A stretch of 60,595 nucleotides of DNA, the filler included. It is 3 parts of 3 records of this genome, joined end to end, with 100 filler letters (N's around TTAATTAATTAA, not from the genome) between each part and the next. Parts side by side here need not be neighbours in the genome. Positions count along the whole stretch, not along the records: positions 1 to 12,092 come from SRR2962707_1606; positions 12,193 to 29,250 come from SRR2962707_1607; 1 more part is not named here. One strand, written 5' to 3'. Below, piece after piece: positions 10,484-21,374 of the stretch. Under the pieces are notes generated by a model, which worked only from the letters and a program-made list of their open reading frames with translations, did not search any database and had not been told where the DNA came from. Each line of letters begins with the position of its first letter. The stretch's first letter is position 1. The translations under genes were made by a program, and so were the position numbers.

Positions 10484-11650
10484 ATGACCGAGATGGTTTA
10501 CGGCACGGTTTCCGTGCGTGACAGCGAACCTGTGTTGCCCAAATGGTGGCGTACAGTCGATAAGTGGTCGTTGTCCTGCATTCTGATGCTGTTCGGCATC
10601 GGGATCCTGCTGGGTCTGGCCGCGTCACCCCCGCTGGCCGAACGCAACAATCTTGACCCGTTCTATTACGTCCAGCGGCAGGCGTTTTTCGGCGGGCTTG
10701 CCATGACGGCGATGTTCCTGACCTCGCTCGCCTCACCTGTGATGGTGCGCCGTCTGGCTGTTATCGGGTTCCTGTTCGCCTTTATCGCGCTGGCGATGCT
10801 GCCGTTTCTGGGCACCGATTTTGGCAAGGGTGCCATCCGGTGGTATTCACTAGGGTTCGCCAGCGTACAGCCCAGTGAATTCCTCAAGCCCGGGTTTGTT
10901 GTCGTGGCGGCGTGGATGATGGCCGCAAGTCAGGAAATCAACGGCCCCCCGGGGCGGTTGTGGTCCTTTGCTCTGGCCATCGCCATCGTGCTGATGTTGG
11001 CGATGCAGCCCGATTTCGGCCAGGCCTGTCTGGTGCTGTTCGGTTGGGGTGTCATGTATTTTGTGGCAGGCGCGCCGATCCTGCTGCTGCTGGCCATGGC
11101 GGGGCTGGTCGTCTTTGCCGGTACAATCGCCTATGACAATTCGGAACACTTTGCCCGCCGCATCGACGGCTTTCTGTCACCTGATATCGACCCCAATACC
11201 CAGATGGGATATGCCACAAATGCGATCCAAGAGGGCGGATTTTTTGGCGTTGGCGTGGGCGAGGGGCAGGTAAAATGGTCACTACCGGACGCACATACCG
11301 ATTTCATCATCGCCGTCGCCGCCGAGGAATACGGCCTGGTTCTGGTTCTGTGCATTCTGGCGATCTATGCCGCGATCGTTGTGCGCAGCCTGATCCGGCT
11401 GATGCGGGAACGCGATCCGTTTATCCGTCTGGCAGGGACCGGTCTGGCCTGCATGTTCGGCGTTCAGGCTATGATCAACATGGGCGTCGCCGTGCGCCTG
11501 CTGCCAGCCAAGGGTATGACCCTGCCCTTTATCAGCTATGGCGGGTCTTCGCTCATCGCGGGGGGAATCGCCGTTGGAATGTTGCTGGCCTTTACACGGG
11601 TGCGCCCACAGGGTGAAATTGGCGACATTCTAAGAGGACGCAACCGATGA
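10484..11650 (+). CDS. ftsW: SEDS peptidoglycan polymerase FtsW
   Basis: QPSEFLK, QPDFG, LPDAHTDFI and PFISYGGSS motifs; directly upstream of murG. Confidence 0.96.
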   Translation: MTEMVYGTVSVRDSEPVLPKWWRTVDKWSLSCILMLFGIGILLGLAASPPLAERNNLDPFYYVQRQAFFGGLAMTAMFLTSLASPVMVRRLAVIGFLFAFIALAMLPFLGTDFGKGAIRWYSLGFASVQPSEFLKPGFVVVAAWMMAASQEINGPPGRLWSFALAIAIVLMLAMQPDFGQACLVLFGWGVMYFVAGAPILLLLAMAGLVVFAGTIAYDNSEHFARRIDGFLSPDIDPNTQMGYATNAIQEGGFFGVGVGEGQVKWSLPDAHTDFIIAVAAEEYGLVLVLCILAIYAAIVVRSLIRLMRERDPFIRLAGTGLACMFGVQAMINMGVAVRLLPAKGMTLPFISYGGSSLIAGGIAVGMLLAFTRVRPQGEIGDILRGRNR

Positions 11651-11695
11651 ACACTGTATTAAACAGGGCGCCGCACGGGGCCTTCCGGATGGGTC

Positions 11696-12092
11696 ATGGC
11701 TGAACAGACAAGACGACCGCTGCTGGTGATCGCAGCTGGCGGAACGGGCGGGCATATGTTTCCGGCGCAGGCTCTGGCAGAACTAATGCTGCGGCGCGGC
11801 TGGCGGGTCAAACTGTCGACTGACGCACGCGGTGCGCGCTATACTGGCGGATTTCCCCATTCCGTCGAGATTGAGCAGGTCGCATCGGCCACGTTTGCCC
11901 GTGGTGGCGTGCTGTCCAAACTGTTGGTGCCGTTCCGGGTGGTGCAGGGCATCCTGTCGATGGCGGTGCGGATGCTGCGCGACCGGCCTGCGGTCGTGGT
12001 CGGCTTTGGCGGCTATCCCAGCATTCCGGCGCTGGGGGCGGCGGTGTTGCTGCGCCTGCCGCGGATGATCCACGAACAGAACGGCGTGTTGG
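11696..12092 (+). CDS. murG: MurG glycosyltransferase, 5' part (cut by contig end)
   Basis: AGGTGGH, GFGGY and HEQN motifs. Confidence 0.96.
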
Positions 12093-12192
12093 NNNNNNNN
12101 NNNNNNNNNNNNNNNNNNNNNNNNNNNNNNNNNNNNTTAATTAATTAANNNNNNNNNNNNNNNNNNNNNNNNNNNNNNNNNNNNNNNNNNNN
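12093..12192. other. Artificial scaffold linker
   Basis: N-run with TTAATTAATTAA (stops in all six frames) at 12137-12148; same linker at 29251-29350. Confidence 0.98.
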
Positions 12193-12221
12193 CTCGGGGG
12201 TTTGGGGGCAGACAGCCCCCA
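12193..12221. repeat. REP-like element fragment at contig start
   Basis: CGGGGGTTTGGGGGCAGACAGCCCCCA matches the reverse complement of part of the 14078-14150 element (CGGGGGTATGGGGGCTGGCCCCCA). Confidence 0.65.
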
Positions 12222-12271
12222 TTCGGGCTGCTAGGGCTTGATCGAACACCTCCATTCAAGTGACCCATCCC

Positions 12272-14044
12272 ATGACCCAAGACCAGATTATCCTGTTCAC
12301 CCTTTTCGCCGCCGTCTTCGGCATGCTGCTCTGGGGGCGCTTTCGCTATGATCTGGTTGCCTTTTCCGCATTGATGATCGCGGTGGTGTTGGGGGTGGTC
12401 GACAGCAAGAACGCCTTTGACGGGTTCGGCCACCCCGCCACGCTGATCGTGGCGCTTGTGTTGGTTGTCTCGGCGGGGCTGGTGCGGTCAGGGGCGGTGT
12501 TGCTGATCACCCGGACCTTGGTCGACGCCTCGCGAAGCTTGGGCGCGCATATCACCTTGATGGGGTTGATCGGCGGTGTCTTATCCGCCTTCATGAACAA
12601 TGTCGCCGCTCTGGCGCTGCTGATGCCCGTCGACATCCAGACCGCGCGCAAGGCCGGGCGCAATCCGGGCCTCAGCCTGATGCCCCTCAGCTTTGCTACA
12701 ATTCTGGGCGGCATGGCCACGCTGATCGGGACGCCGCCCAACATCATTATCGCGTCCATCCGGCAGGAATCGCTGGGCGCGCCGTTTGGCATGTTTGATT
12801 TTGCGCCCGTGGGCGGGATCGCCGCGATTGCGGGGCTGGCGTTTGTGGCGCTGGTCGGCTGGCGCATGATCCCCGCGCGCGATGAAAGCGCCCTCAAACC
12901 CGAGGACCTGTCCCATTATATTGCCGAACTGACCGTACCTGCGGGCAGCAAACAGATCGGCAAACGTCTGGCCGAACTGCAAGACACCGCGGATAAATCC
13001 GACGTGGCGATGCTGGGCATGATCCGCGATGGGGCCCGCGTCTATGGGCAGGCCCGCAATGTGGCCTTGCAGGCCGGCGACGCTTTGGTGCTTGAGGCGA
13101 CGCCAGATGCGCTTGACGAATTTCGCAGCACCCTTGGCCTGCTGGTTGCAGACAGCACACGCCATGAATTGCTGCACGCAGACGGCGAAGGGGTCGAGAT
13201 CATCGAGGTCGTTGTCCCCAACGATTCCCGTCTGAACGGGCGGTCGGCCCAGACGGTTGGCTTGGCATGGCGGCAAAGGTCGGTGCTGCTGGGCATTTCA
13301 CGGCAAGGTAAAAAGATCACGGCGCAACTGCGCAAAACCGAATTGCGCGCAGGTGATATCCTGCTTTTGCTGGTGCCGCGCGATACGGCGGCCCATGTGG
13401 TGGAATGGCTCGGCGTGCTCCCCCTTGCCGACCGCGGTCTGGCTGTCACTGAGAACAGCAAGGTGTGGCTGGCCATCGGGTTGTTTGGCGGTGCCGTCGC
13501 CGCCGCCAGTTTCGGGCTGATCTACCTGCCCGTCGCCCTGGGGCTGGTGGTGGTGGCCTATGTGCTGGCCAAGATCGTCCCCCTGTCCGAGCTTTACACC
13601 CATATAGAATGGCCCGTTGTGGTGTTGCTGGGGTCCATGATCCCCTTGGGTGCCGCACTTGAGACATCAGGCGGGACAGAACTTATCGCCGGGGCTTTGG
13701 TCAGCTTAACCGGCGGGTTGCCCGCATGGGCAGTGCTGACCGTATTGATGATTGTGACCATGACCTTGTCAGATGTGCTGAACAACACGGCAACGACCAT
13801 CGTGGCCGCCCCGGTCGGCATTCAGATGGCCCAGACCTTGGATGTCTCGCCTGACCCTTTTTTGATGGCGGTCGCCGTGGCCGCATCAAGTGCGTTCCTG
13901 ACGCCCATTGGGCACAAGAATAACACGTTGATCCTTGGCCCCGGCGGCTATTCCTTTGGGGATTACTGGCGCATGGGGTTGCCGCTTGAGATCATCGTGG
14001 TTGCGGTGTCCATTCCTGCGATCTTGGTGTTCTGGCCGTTGTAA
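12272..14044 (+). CDS. SLC13/CitMHS-type permease with TrkA-C domains
   Basis: FMNN, IGTPPN, VLNN and FLTPIGHKNN motifs; central soluble TrkA-C region. Confidence 0.9.
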   Translation: MTQDQIILFTLFAAVFGMLLWGRFRYDLVAFSALMIAVVLGVVDSKNAFDGFGHPATLIVALVLVVSAGLVRSGAVLLITRTLVDASRSLGAHITLMGLIGGVLSAFMNNVAALALLMPVDIQTARKAGRNPGLSLMPLSFATILGGMATLIGTPPNIIIASIRQESLGAPFGMFDFAPVGGIAAIAGLAFVALVGWRMIPARDESALKPEDLSHYIAELTVPAGSKQIGKRLAELQDTADKSDVAMLGMIRDGARVYGQARNVALQAGDALVLEATPDALDEFRSTLGLLVADSTRHELLHADGEGVEIIEVVVPNDSRLNGRSAQTVGLAWRQRSVLLGISRQGKKITAQLRKTELRAGDILLLLVPRDTAAHVVEWLGVLPLADRGLAVTENSKVWLAIGLFGGAVAAASFGLIYLPVALGLVVVAYVLAKIVPLSELYTHIEWPVVVLLGSMIPLGAALETSGGTELIAGALVSLTGGLPAWAVLTVLMIVTMTLSDVLNNTATTIVAAPVGIQMAQTLDVSPDPFLMAVAVAASSAFLTPIGHKNNTLILGPGGYSFGDYWRMGLPLEIIVVAVSIPAILVFWPL

Positions 14045-14077
14045 ATATGTGTTGTGTGGTTTCCGCACATCGCAAAG

Positions 14078-14150
14078 TGAGGGCCAGCCCCCACTCAGCG
14101 CAAAATGGGGGCCAGCCCCCATACCCCCGGGATATTTTTGAGCCAGAGAA
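14078..14150. repeat. REP-like palindromic element between convergent genes
   Basis: Two GGGCCAGCCCCCA units followed by CCCCCGGGATATTTTTGAGCCAGAGAA. Confidence 0.7.
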
Positions 14151-14166
14151 CGGGCGGTGGGGCGTT

Positions 14167-15939
14167 TTACCAGAAGAGTGGGATGACCGAGGACACCAAC
14201 AAGGACATTGTCAGGTTCAGCGGGATGCCGATACGCATGAAGTCGGTAAAGCGGTAGCCGCCGGGGCCATAGACCAGCGTGTTGGTTTGATAGCCAATGG
14301 GGGTCGCAAAAGCGCAAGAGGCGGCGATCATCACCGCAACCACCAGAGGGCGCGGGTCCATGCCAAGGGCGGTGCCAAGGCTGATGGCGATGGGGGTCAT
14401 AATGACAGCCACGGCGTTGTTCGAGACGATCTCGGTCAAGATGGTTGTCAGCAGGAAGACCGAGAAAATCACATAGAACGGCGACAGCGTGCCAAGGAAC
14501 GGCGCGATATTGTCGACGATCAGGCTGATCGCGCCTGAGTTCTGAAGCCCTGCCCCGATGGCAAGCATGGAAAAGATCAGCGCAAGCAGCCGCCCGTCGA
14601 TAAAGGTAAATGCCTCGTCTGCATCAATGCAGCCTGTGACCAGCACAAGCGCCACGGCGATCACCGCCAGCAGCAGGATCGGAGCCACGTTAAGGGCCGC
14701 GAGGATGACAATGCCTGCGAGGGCGATAATTGCGATGGGCGCGTGCCCACGGCGGAAGGCGCGTGCGGACGGTTGCGAGACGTCGACCATATCCATGTCG
14801 GACGCGAGGCGCTGAATATCGGCCATCGCCCCTTCGAGCAGCAGGGTATCGCCGACTTTGACGATCAGATCATCCAGCTGACGCCCGATATTCTGGTTCC
14901 GGCGGTGCACGGCCAGTGGATAGACCCCGTAGCGGCGGCGCAGGCGCAGCGCGCCCAGCGAACGGCCGACCATTTTGCAGCCCGGTGTGATCAGCACCTC
15001 GACGGTTGATGTTTCAACCGCCGACACCTGATCAACACGTTTGAGTTCTTTGTTCGCTTGCAGGCTGAGCAGTTCTGTCATCTGTGTGCGCAAGACCACA
15101 CGGTCGCCGACCTGAAGCTGAACCGCCGCGAGATCACGGCGCAAGGACTGGTCGCCGCGCACGACGTCGATCAGCCGCACGCCTTCGCGTTTGAACAATT
15201 GCACATCCAGCACGTCACGGCCCAAGAGGTTGGAGTCAGGGGGGATCACGGCCTCGGTAAAGAACTTCATCTTTGAGCGGTCCGACAACATATTCGCCAT
15301 GCTATCGCGTGCGGGCAAAAGCCGGGGCGCGAAAATCGCCATATAGATCAGACCCCATGCGCAGACGACCAGACCGATGGGAAGGATTTCAAAAATGCCA
15401 AAGGGTTCAAGGCCCTGACTGCGGGCCACACCATCCACCAGCAGGTTGGTCGAGGTCCCGATCAGGGTCAGCGAGCCGCCCATAATCGCGGCATAGCTGA
15501 GCGGTATCAGCAGCTTGGATGCTTTGGTGCCCAAGGTCTGGCTAAGCTGTACCACCACTGGGATCATCACAACCACCACAGGCGTGTTGTTCATAATCGC
15601 CGAGGCCGCCATGACGGCAATGATCACGCCCACGACAGCCGTTTTCGGATGGGTTTTTGCATAGCGTTCGGCCAGCCGCGTCAACACGTCCAGCGCGCCG
15701 GTACGCACCAGTGCGCCCATCACAATAAACATCGCCGCAATCGTCCACGGGGCCGAGTTCTGCAACACCGCCTGCGCATCATCGTAGGGCAGAATGCCAA
15801 GGGCCAACATCAGAGCCGCGCCAGTCAGGGCGACCACCTCGGTCGGGAAGGTTTCACGCAGGAACATGATGAACATGACCACAACGATCGTCAGCGCAAG
15901 GGTCGCAGAGGTGCTTTGCGACAGGTTCAGAAGGTCCAT
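14167..15939 (-). CDS. SLC13/CitMHS-type permease with TrkA-C domains
   Basis: IMNNTP, IGTSTN, VSNNA and FATPIGYQTN motifs; paralog of the convergent gene. Confidence 0.9.
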   Translation of the reverse strand: MDLLNLSQSTSATLALTIVVVMFIMFLRETFPTEVVALTGAALMLALGILPYDDAQAVLQNSAPWTIAAMFIVMGALVRTGALDVLTRLAERYAKTHPKTAVVGVIIAVMAASAIMNNTPVVVVMIPVVVQLSQTLGTKASKLLIPLSYAAIMGGSLTLIGTSTNLLVDGVARSQGLEPFGIFEILPIGLVVCAWGLIYMAIFAPRLLPARDSMANMLSDRSKMKFFTEAVIPPDSNLLGRDVLDVQLFKREGVRLIDVVRGDQSLRRDLAAVQLQVGDRVVLRTQMTELLSLQANKELKRVDQVSAVETSTVEVLITPGCKMVGRSLGALRLRRRYGVYPLAVHRRNQNIGRQLDDLIVKVGDTLLLEGAMADIQRLASDMDMVDVSQPSARAFRRGHAPIAIIALAGIVILAALNVAPILLLAVIAVALVLVTGCIDADEAFTFIDGRLLALIFSMLAIGAGLQNSGAISLIVDNIAPFLGTLSPFYVIFSVFLLTTILTEIVSNNAVAVIMTPIAISLGTALGMDPRPLVVAVMIAASCAFATPIGYQTNTLVYGPGGYRFTDFMRIGIPLNLTMSLLVSSVIPLFW

Positions 15940-15971
15940 TCGGGGTTTATCCAGCCTATCAGGGGTACGAG

Positions 15972-16901
15972 CTAGCCGTCAGTTTCGCCGATTGCAGCGG
16001 TTTGAGCAAGCGCGGCTTTGGGTCGCGGCTGTACCAGATACAGTCCTGCGAACATGATCCCAAGTGCTGCCCACAGCGTCGGCGCATAGGTTTCGGACAA
16101 AATGACCTTGGCCCAGAGCAGTCCAAAACCCGTTACAAGATAGCTGACCTGAACCGCAAAAATCGGCCCTGCCCGCCCGACCAACCACACATAGCCCGCA
16201 TAAACCGCGATATGGACCAGCGATGACACCACAAGGGCCCATTGCGGGATGTCCCAAGGCGGGGTCGGATCGATAAACTGGCCCGTCATCAGGGCCACCG
16301 GCAAGGTCAGAACAGCACCAACAATAGAGGCACCTTGCAACACCTGAAAGGCACCCAGATCAAGGGTGCCCCATTTGGCGATGATATTCCCCTCGAGCGC
16401 GTAGCACAGGCCGGCGATCAGCCCGACCGCGATCCAGAACGCAGGCAGGTTCATGGATACATCAGCGCCCGGTGCCACCAGCAACAGCACCCCCGTCAGC
16501 CCGCATGCCAATCCGGCCAGGCGGCGATAGCTGAAATGATCCAGCCCCATGGCCAGCGCGATGGGAAAGGCAAAAATCGGCACAAGACTAAGCAGCAGGG
16601 ATAGCACCCCCGACGGCAGCCAGACCGCCGCCTGATACGATGCTGAATTCGGCAGCACGGTGCCGATAATCGCAAGGATCAGATAAAGCCGCAGATAGCG
16701 CGGACCAAGAGGCAAGCGTTGACGGCGTATGGTGCTGATCACCGTCATAAACACGGCACCGATCACCATCTGCCAGAACACCAACCCGAAATGCTGATAC
16801 CCGGTGCTGACCGAAATCTTGGTCAATGGTTGGGTAAAGCCCCAGCCCGCCCCCAGCACCGCCAAGAAAGCAGTGTAAAAGGCGACCTGACCCCGTGTCA
16901 C
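15972..16901 (-). CDS. DMT/EamA family transporter
   Basis: 309 aa, about ten hydrophobic segments in two repeats. Confidence 0.8.
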   Translation of the reverse strand: MTRGQVAFYTAFLAVLGAGWGFTQPLTKISVSTGYQHFGLVFWQMVIGAVFMTVISTIRRQRLPLGPRYLRLYLILAIIGTVLPNSASYQAAVWLPSGVLSLLLSLVPIFAFPIALAMGLDHFSYRRLAGLACGLTGVLLLVAPGADVSMNLPAFWIAVGLIAGLCYALEGNIIAKWGTLDLGAFQVLQGASIVGAVLTLPVALMTGQFIDPTPPWDIPQWALVVSSLVHIAVYAGYVWLVGRAGPIFAVQVSYLVTGFGLLWAKVILSETYAPTLWAALGIMFAGLYLVQPRPKAALAQTAAIGETDG

Positions 16902-17710
16902 GGGGCGCTTTGTTGCAGCTTACCGCCTTGGCGTACCGGAACGATACGGGTTGCCTTGCCGGTACGATCATCGGTTTCGATGTAGACGCCTGACAGGGTT
17001 GCCTCGTCATTGGCGGGGGTAAAGCGGTCTTTGGGCATGCCAGTGATAAAGCGGCGCAGGGGTTCGGTTTTCTCCATCCCAATGACGGAATGGTAATCGC
17101 CGCACATACCCGCATCGGACAAATAAGCCGTCCCGCCGGGCAGGATCATCGCATCGGATGTGGGCACATGGGTGTGGGTGCCGACAACAAGGCTGGCCCG
17201 CCCGTCGCACCAATGGCCCATGGCCATTTTTTCCGATGTGGCTTCGCAATGGATGTCGACGATCACGGCAGAGGCCAAGCCACCCAAGGGGTGGGTTTTC
17301 AACACCGGTTCCAGCGCCGAAAACGGATCGTCAAAGGGGCGCTTCATGAACACCTGACCAAGCGCCTGAACGACCAGTACCTTGCGACCGTTCTGCGCCG
17401 TGAACAGGCGCGCGCCCTTGCCCGGTGCATTCTTCGAGAAATTCAAAGGGCGGATAATGCGCTGTTCCTGCTCGATAAAGCTAAGCATGTCTTTTTGATC
17501 GAACGCATGATCACCAAGGGTCAGACAGTCGGCCCCTGCGTCAAGCAGGGTTTTGGCATGCAGGCCAGACAGCCCCATCCCCGAGGTGGCATTTTCGCCA
17601 TTCACCACGACGAAATCCAGCTTCCAGTCCTTGCGCAGACGGGGCAGGTTTTCGCTAATTGCACGGCGGCCGGAACGGCCCATGACATCGCCAAGAAAGA
17701 GTATTTTCAT
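16898..17710 (-). CDS. YmdB-like (TIGR00282) metallophosphoesterase
   Basis: FLGDVMG, VNGEN, HCEATSEK and GTHTH motifs. Confidence 0.93.
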   Translation of the reverse strand: MKILFLGDVMGRSGRRAISENLPRLRKDWKLDFVVVNGENATSGMGLSGLHAKTLLDAGADCLTLGDHAFDQKDMLSFIEQEQRIIRPLNFSKNAPGKGARLFTAQNGRKVLVVQALGQVFMKRPFDDPFSALEPVLKTHPLGGLASAVIVDIHCEATSEKMAMGHWCDGRASLVVGTHTHVPTSDAMILPGGTAYLSDAGMCGDYHSVIGMEKTEPLRRFITGMPKDRFTPANDEATLSGVYIETDDRTGKATRIVPVRQGGKLQQSAP

Positions 17711-17844
17711 GCCCCCAGCGTTAGGCCGCGACGCGGCCAAGGGCAAGGGGCAGCGCGTCGGAATTTTACCCGCAGTGCCGAAACGCGGCGTTGTTGTCGT
17801 TTAGCCGCGTAACGAGACACCGCAATAAACGCACCGGACGTCCG

Positions 17845-18408
17845 TCATCGTGTGATGTCTATCACGCCCGCTTCGGTCACGATCAGATCAAGCGGTTCAT
17901 CTGTGGGTTCCAACGGCAGGTCATCGACCTCTTGCCCCGCAAATGCAAAGCCAATCGCCAGCGTCGCCCGCCGCGCCCGCAGCTGCGCCAAGGTACGATC
18001 GTAAAACCCGCCGCCATAGCCCAATCTGTCGCCGTTTCTGGTAAAGGCCAACAAGGGCACGATCAGGATTTCCGGTTCGAAAAAATCTTCGACGACAGGT
18101 ACTTGCGCGCCAAACGGGCCGCTTGTCATCACCGCTTGCGGTGTCCAGCGCGAAAACTGCAAAGGCTGACCAGCGCCCATGATAACGGGCACACCCACCA
18201 CCCCATGGGCAGAGGCCTCTGCCATGGCGGGGCGCGGGTCGATTTCGGTGCGGATCGGCATAAAGCCGGACAGCGCCACACCGCGGTAGCCCGCCAGAAC
18301 CTCGCTCAGGTAACCGGCTTGCGCATCATTGGCAGCATCAAACAGCGGTTTGCGCCGGGCAAAACCCGCCTTGCGCGCCGCGTCTTTGATGGCTGCCAGA
18401 TCGGTCAC
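17845..18408 (-). CDS. 5-formyltetrahydrofolate cyclo-ligase (canonical YgfA type)
   Basis: VPLLAF...RLGYGGGFYDR motif, 187 aa. Confidence 0.93.
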   Translation of the reverse strand: MTDLAAIKDAARKAGFARRKPLFDAANDAQAGYLSEVLAGYRGVALSGFMPIRTEIDPRPAMAEASAHGVVGVPVIMGAGQPLQFSRWTPQAVMTSGPFGAQVPVVEDFFEPEILIVPLLAFTRNGDRLGYGGGFYDRTLAQLRARRATLAIGFAFAGQEVDDLPLEPTDEPLDLIVTEAGVIDITR

Positions 18409-19808
18409 AGCAACACAGCCGCCGCAAGGCCCAGAAAGGCGAAAAAGCCGACCACATCGGTCACGGTGGTCACGAAAGCCCCGGAGGCAAGCGCCGGATC
18501 AACGCCGATCCGTTCCAGCACAATCGGAATACCGGTCCCGGCCAAGCCGGCCACGACCATATTGATCACCATCGCTATCGCAATCACATAGCCCAGCGCG
18601 GGCGAGCCGAACCAGATCACGCCAACAATTCCCATGATCACCGCAAAGATCACACCGTTGATCAGCCCCACCAGACATTCGCGCCGGATCACCCGCCATA
18701 CGTTCGATCCGGTCAAATCGCGCGTTGCAATCGCGCGCACCGCCACGGTCAGGCTTTGCGTGCCCGCATTGCCGCCCATCGACGCAACGATCGGCATCAG
18801 CACGGCCAGCGCCACAATCTGCGCAATCGCGACCTCGAACTGGGAAATCACCATGGATGCGGCAATCGCCGTCAGCAGGTTGACCGCCAGCCACGGCAGC
18901 CGTTGCTTGGTTGTCTCGATCACACGGTCAGACAAGGACCCCTCGCCCACACCCGCCAGACGCAGGATATCTTCCTCGTGTTCCTCGTCCAGCACGGCCA
19001 TGGCGTCATCAATGGTAATCACACCAATCAACCGCCCCTCGTCGTCAACGACAGGCGCAGAAATCAGGTGGTACTGGTTGAATGCATAGGCAACATCGCC
19101 CTCGGGCTGCATGGCGGGGATGACCTGAAACGTGTCTTCCAGAATATCGCTAAGCATCGTTGCGCGCTTTGAACGCATCAGTTTGCCCAAGGTCACATTG
19201 CCCACCGGATGCATGCGCGGATCAACCATCACGATGTGATAAAACTGATCCGGCAAATCCTCTTCGGGCGTTTTGCGCAGATGATCAATCGCCTCGCCCA
19301 CTGTCCAATGTTCGGGGGCCATCACGACCTCGCGCTGCATCAAACGACCAGCGGAATATTCAGGATAGGTCAGCGCCTGTTCAACCGCCGCGCGGTCGAC
19401 ATCTTCCAGCGCGCCCAAAATCGCTTCGGCCTGCGCGTCTTCAAGGTCCTCGATCAGGTCAACAACATCATCGCTGTCCATGTCGCGCACAGCATCAGAC
19501 AAGACCTGCGGCGTCAGGATCGCGATAACTTCCTCGCGGATGGATTCATCAAGTTCAGACAGGATTTCCCCGTCGAATTCGCGATCATACAGCCGGATCA
19601 GCTTGGTCCGCTCGAAACTGCTGATTTGTTCCAAAAGGTCGGCGATGTCCGCCGCGTGCAACGGCTCCATCAGCTCGGTCAGCCGCTCAGCATCGTCAAT
19701 CTCGACCGCATAAAGGATCGAGGCCACGGCCTTCTTGTTCAGCTTGTAAGCCTCGGAATCGTCTTCTGCTTCGGGTGCCAGTTCCAATTCTTGCGTTTCA
19801 TCAGACAT
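18405..19808 (-). CDS. mgtE: Magnesium transporter MgtE
   Basis: Acidic N-domain and CBS pair; RLPWL, GGNAGTQ and DPALASG..VTT.TD motifs. Confidence 0.96.
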   Translation of the reverse strand: MSDETQELELAPEAEDDSEAYKLNKKAVASILYAVEIDDAERLTELMEPLHAADIADLLEQISSFERTKLIRLYDREFDGEILSELDESIREEVIAILTPQVLSDAVRDMDSDDVVDLIEDLEDAQAEAILGALEDVDRAAVEQALTYPEYSAGRLMQREVVMAPEHWTVGEAIDHLRKTPEEDLPDQFYHIVMVDPRMHPVGNVTLGKLMRSKRATMLSDILEDTFQVIPAMQPEGDVAYAFNQYHLISAPVVDDEGRLIGVITIDDAMAVLDEEHEEDILRLAGVGEGSLSDRVIETTKQRLPWLAVNLLTAIAASMVISQFEVAIAQIVALAVLMPIVASMGGNAGTQSLTVAVRAIATRDLTGSNVWRVIRRECLVGLINGVIFAVIMGIVGVIWFGSPALGYVIAIAMVINMVVAGLAGTGIPIVLERIGVDPALASGAFVTTVTDVVGFFAFLGLAAAVLL

Positions 19809-19925
19809 AGCGCACCCTCATAAAGATTTGCGCTAACAATAAGCGCCGCCAAGCAGGGATACAATGGTGCGAAAAGCCCAATCCGACCGATTGTCCCTCT
19901 CCTCACAAGGGCCTAAGATGGCGCA

Positions 19926-21218
19926 ATGACACAGCACACTCTCCTCCTTGGCCACACCCTGCAGTTTTCGGGAAATCCCCTCTCCCAAGCTTGGGAGGAT
20001 GCGGTTTCAATCGACAGTGCGGGCGGCGTCCTGATCAAGGACGGGCATATCGTTGCAGTCGGGTCGGCAGATACATTGCGCAAGGCCCATCCACACGCAC
20101 AGATCACCGATTACGGGGATGCGCTGATCTGCCCCGGCTTTGTCGACGCCCATGCCCATTACCCACAGACGGCGATCATCGCGAGCTGGGGCAAGCGGCT
20201 GATCGACTGGCTGAACCGCTATACCTTCCCCGAGGAAATGCGCCTGTCCGATCCGGATTACGCCACCCACATTGCCGGGCGGTATCTGGACGTGACCCTT
20301 GCCCATGGCACAACAACCGTCTGTAGTTATACAACAATTGCACCACACAGCGTCGATGCGATCTTTGACGCGGCCGCAATGCGGGGCCAGCGGATCGTGG
20401 CGGGCAAAACCTGTATGGACCGCAACGCGCCGGACGGGCTGCGCGATACGGCGCAATCGGCCTATGACGACAGCAAAGCCCTCATCGACCGCTGGCATGG
20501 CAAAGGCCGCGCCAGCTATGCGATCACCCCGCGCTTTACCCCGACCTCAACCCCCGATCAGTTGGCAGCCCTCGGCGCACTTTGGGCCGAGCGACCCGAT
20601 TGCCTGATGCAAACACATCTCAGCGAACAGGTCGATGAAATCGCATGGGTCCGCGATCTGGCCCCCCACGCCCGTGATTATCTTGATACCTATCAAGAAC
20701 ATGGCCTTGTCGGCGAACGTGCGGTGTTCGGCCATGCGATCCACCTTGAACCGCGCGAAATTGACCAAATTGCGCACAGCGGGGCCGCGATTGTCCATTG
20801 CCCGACATCAAACACCTTCATCGGCTCTGGCCTGTTTGACATGGCCGGGCTTGCTGCCCGCGATATTCCCATTGGCCTGGCAACCGACACCGGCGGCGGC
20901 TCGTCTTTCTCGATGCTGCGCACCATGGCTGCCGCCTACGAGATCGGCCAATTGCGTGGCACGCCACTGCACGCCGCACAATTGATCTGGCTCGCCACCG
21001 CCGGTTCCGCCCGCAGCCTACACCTGCAGGACAAAATCGGCCGCCTGTCCCCGGGGTTCGAGGCCGACATTACTGTGCTCGACCTGTCATCCACCCCTGC
21101 CATTGCACAGCGGGCAGACAACGCCGAAACCATCTGGGACCAACTCTTTGCCACCATCATGATGGGCGACGATCGTGCTATCCAAGACGTCTGGGTCGGC
21201 GGCAAAAAACGCGCCTAG
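19926..21218 (+). CDS. guaD: Guanine deaminase
   Basis: DAHAHYPQ, WLNRYTFPEE, ITPRF, QTHLSE and TDTGGG motifs. Confidence 0.93.
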   Translation: MTQHTLLLGHTLQFSGNPLSQAWEDAVSIDSAGGVLIKDGHIVAVGSADTLRKAHPHAQITDYGDALICPGFVDAHAHYPQTAIIASWGKRLIDWLNRYTFPEEMRLSDPDYATHIAGRYLDVTLAHGTTTVCSYTTIAPHSVDAIFDAAAMRGQRIVAGKTCMDRNAPDGLRDTAQSAYDDSKALIDRWHGKGRASYAITPRFTPTSTPDQLAALGALWAERPDCLMQTHLSEQVDEIAWVRDLAPHARDYLDTYQEHGLVGERAVFGHAIHLEPREIDQIAHSGAAIVHCPTSNTFIGSGLFDMAGLAARDIPIGLATDTGGGSSFSMLRTMAAAYEIGQLRGTPLHAAQLIWLATAGSARSLHLQDKIGRLSPGFEADITVLDLSSTPAIAQRADNAETIWDQLFATIMMGDDRAIQDVWVGGKKRA

Positions 21219-21374
21219 CAGATACCATGTGGGCCTAATTCATTTTGCAAAACAAACTCCCTGCGGAGCATCCAACGCCTCACCGCCCGCGTCGCTCATT
21301 CAGGCAGGCTCACGGTTCAGCGGGCGCAAAAAACATAATGTGGCGCAGCCACGCCTTTTGATCGGGCAACAGGT

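Noticed and set aside
12093-12192. TTAATTAATTAA palindrome within Ns (also 29251-29350) and ORFs ending in LIN
   Set aside because: Artificial contig linker; the murG and SBP truncations are assembly effects, not pseudogenes.
17845-18408. 6S RNA upstream of the canonical 5-FCL gene
   Set aside because: mgtE overlaps the start codon, leaving no room for ssrS.
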